Shown in pieces: positions 62,735 to 64,000 of a DNA stretch of 64,000 nucleotides; the stretch's first letter is position 1; each line of letters opens with the position of its first letter. The stretch comes from Heterodontus francisci. Taxonomy: Eukaryota. The stretch covers positions 558,001 through 622,000 of the forward strand of contig NW_027141237.1 of NCBI RefSeq assembly GCF_036365525.1. Reading direction: 5' to 3'. Position numbers and translations under genes: made by a program. Below the pieces are notes generated by a model. The model had not been told where the DNA came from and searched no databases. It worked only from the letters and a program-made list of their open reading frames with translations.

Positions 62735-64000
62735 AGTCAGGTATCTTCGTGGTAATGTTAATGGACTTGTAATCCAGAGGCTCGGACGAAAGCTGCGGAG
62801 ACACGAGTTCAAATCCCATCACTACAGCTGGTGGAATTTGAATTCGATGAATTAATAAAGAATGCGATAAAAAAAACTCGTCTCATTAAAAGTGACCAGA
62901 AAACTAATGGATTGTCATAATAACCCTCTGGTTCAAATTGCTACAGAGAAGTCGAAGCAGAATATAAATGGACGGACAACCTGGCATCGGCCTGGAGACT
63001 GGAAATGACAAATCTGCTCTCTGCCCCATCGACACTGCAAATTCCTTCGTCCAAACATCTGGGAATTGTGCCAAACTTGGGAGAGCTGTGACACAAATTA
63101 GTCGATCAACATCCTAACATAGTCATGCTCTCTGAATCACCCCTTACAGGAAATCCCCAAGATACCACCATCATCTTCCCTGAGTATGTTTTGTCCCAGA
63201 AGCAGGGCAGTACCACCAAAGGTGGCAGCAGTTGGGAGGGAATTGTGTTGCGAGTTCTCAACATGGTCTCTGGATTTCATGAAGTCTCATGACATCAAGC
63301 CAAACATGGACAACCAAACATCTAGATGATTCGCACCTGCCACACACCGGCATCCCTCCCCACCCACACCCCCCGCATCACAACCTGTCCCGCCCCAGAT
63401 GATGAATTAGTACTCCTCCATGTGGAACATCACTTTGAAGAAGCACCGACAGTCGTAAGAGCAGAGAATGTACCCTGCTTGGGGGACTTCAAAGCCCATG
63501 ACCAAAGTGGCTCGGGAACACGACTATTCACGGTGCTTGTCGAGTCCTGAAGGCAGTATCTGCTTGACTGGGTCTGCTGAATGTGGTGAGAAAATCAACA
63601 AGAGGGAAAAAACCCTACTTGACCTGGCCCTCACCAATCTACCTGTGACAGATGCGTCTTTGCATGACAGTATTGGTAGCAGTGACCACTGCACAATCCT
63701 TTTGGAGGCAAAGTCCCATCTTCACAACGAGGATATCCTCCATCTTGTTGCGTGTCAGTACCACTGTGCAAAATGGGGTAGATTCAAGACAGATCAAGCA
63801 CCTCAAAACTGGATATCCATGATGTGCCATGGGCCATCAGCAGAGAATCGTATTCCACCACAATCTGTAACCTTATGGCCCGACAATCCCTCCCTCGAGC
63901 ATTACCATCGAGTCATTGGACCAGCGCTGGTTCAATGAAGAGTGCAAGAGAGAATGCCAGGAGCCGGACCGGGCATACCTAAGTTTGAGTTGCCAAACTG
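62735..64000 (+). mobile_element. LINE 5' portion: tRNA-like head followed by degenerate APE endonuclease; runs off the window
   Basis: A/B boxes (gtggtaatgt; gagttcaaatccc); NIW..VPNLGEL...QHPNIVMLSES, LGDF, TLLDLALTN, IGSSDH. Confidence 0.8.

Noticed and set aside
56874-64000. Exon 1 of pseudogene E
   Set aside because: No ATG...GVP|GT-like exon could be found by eye.

Overview
Vertebrate genomic DNA, almost certainly from a cartilaginous fish (shark-like: V-SINE/HE1-type SINE, dense CR1 LINEs, Penelope elements). There are no prokaryotic features. The backbone is a tandem cluster of five paralogous class A (rhodopsin-like) orphan GPCR loci of the GPR139/GPR142-like type. The ORF track misses their first exons. 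Two genes reconstruct as complete two-exon genes: B = complement join(15320..16224,21886..21955), 324 aa; D = complement join(41036..41934,46807..46876), 322 aa. Gene A (+) has an intact exon 2 (1502-2406) but a decayed exon 1 (843-900) whose start codon reads ACG. Loci C (31071-32632) and E (56023-56873) are pseudogenes. The rest is mostly mobile DNA: a Gmr1-like Ty3/gypsy relic with PR-IN-RT order, a Penelope-like element plus terminal fragments carrying minimal hammerhead-ribozyme motifs, many CR1, RTE and L2 fragments, a PIF/Harbinger transposase relic, an ERV-like 3' LTR with PPT, tRNA-derived SINEs, and degenerate minisatellites. All calls were made by eye. Repeat boundaries are approximate; exon boundaries were counted base by base.
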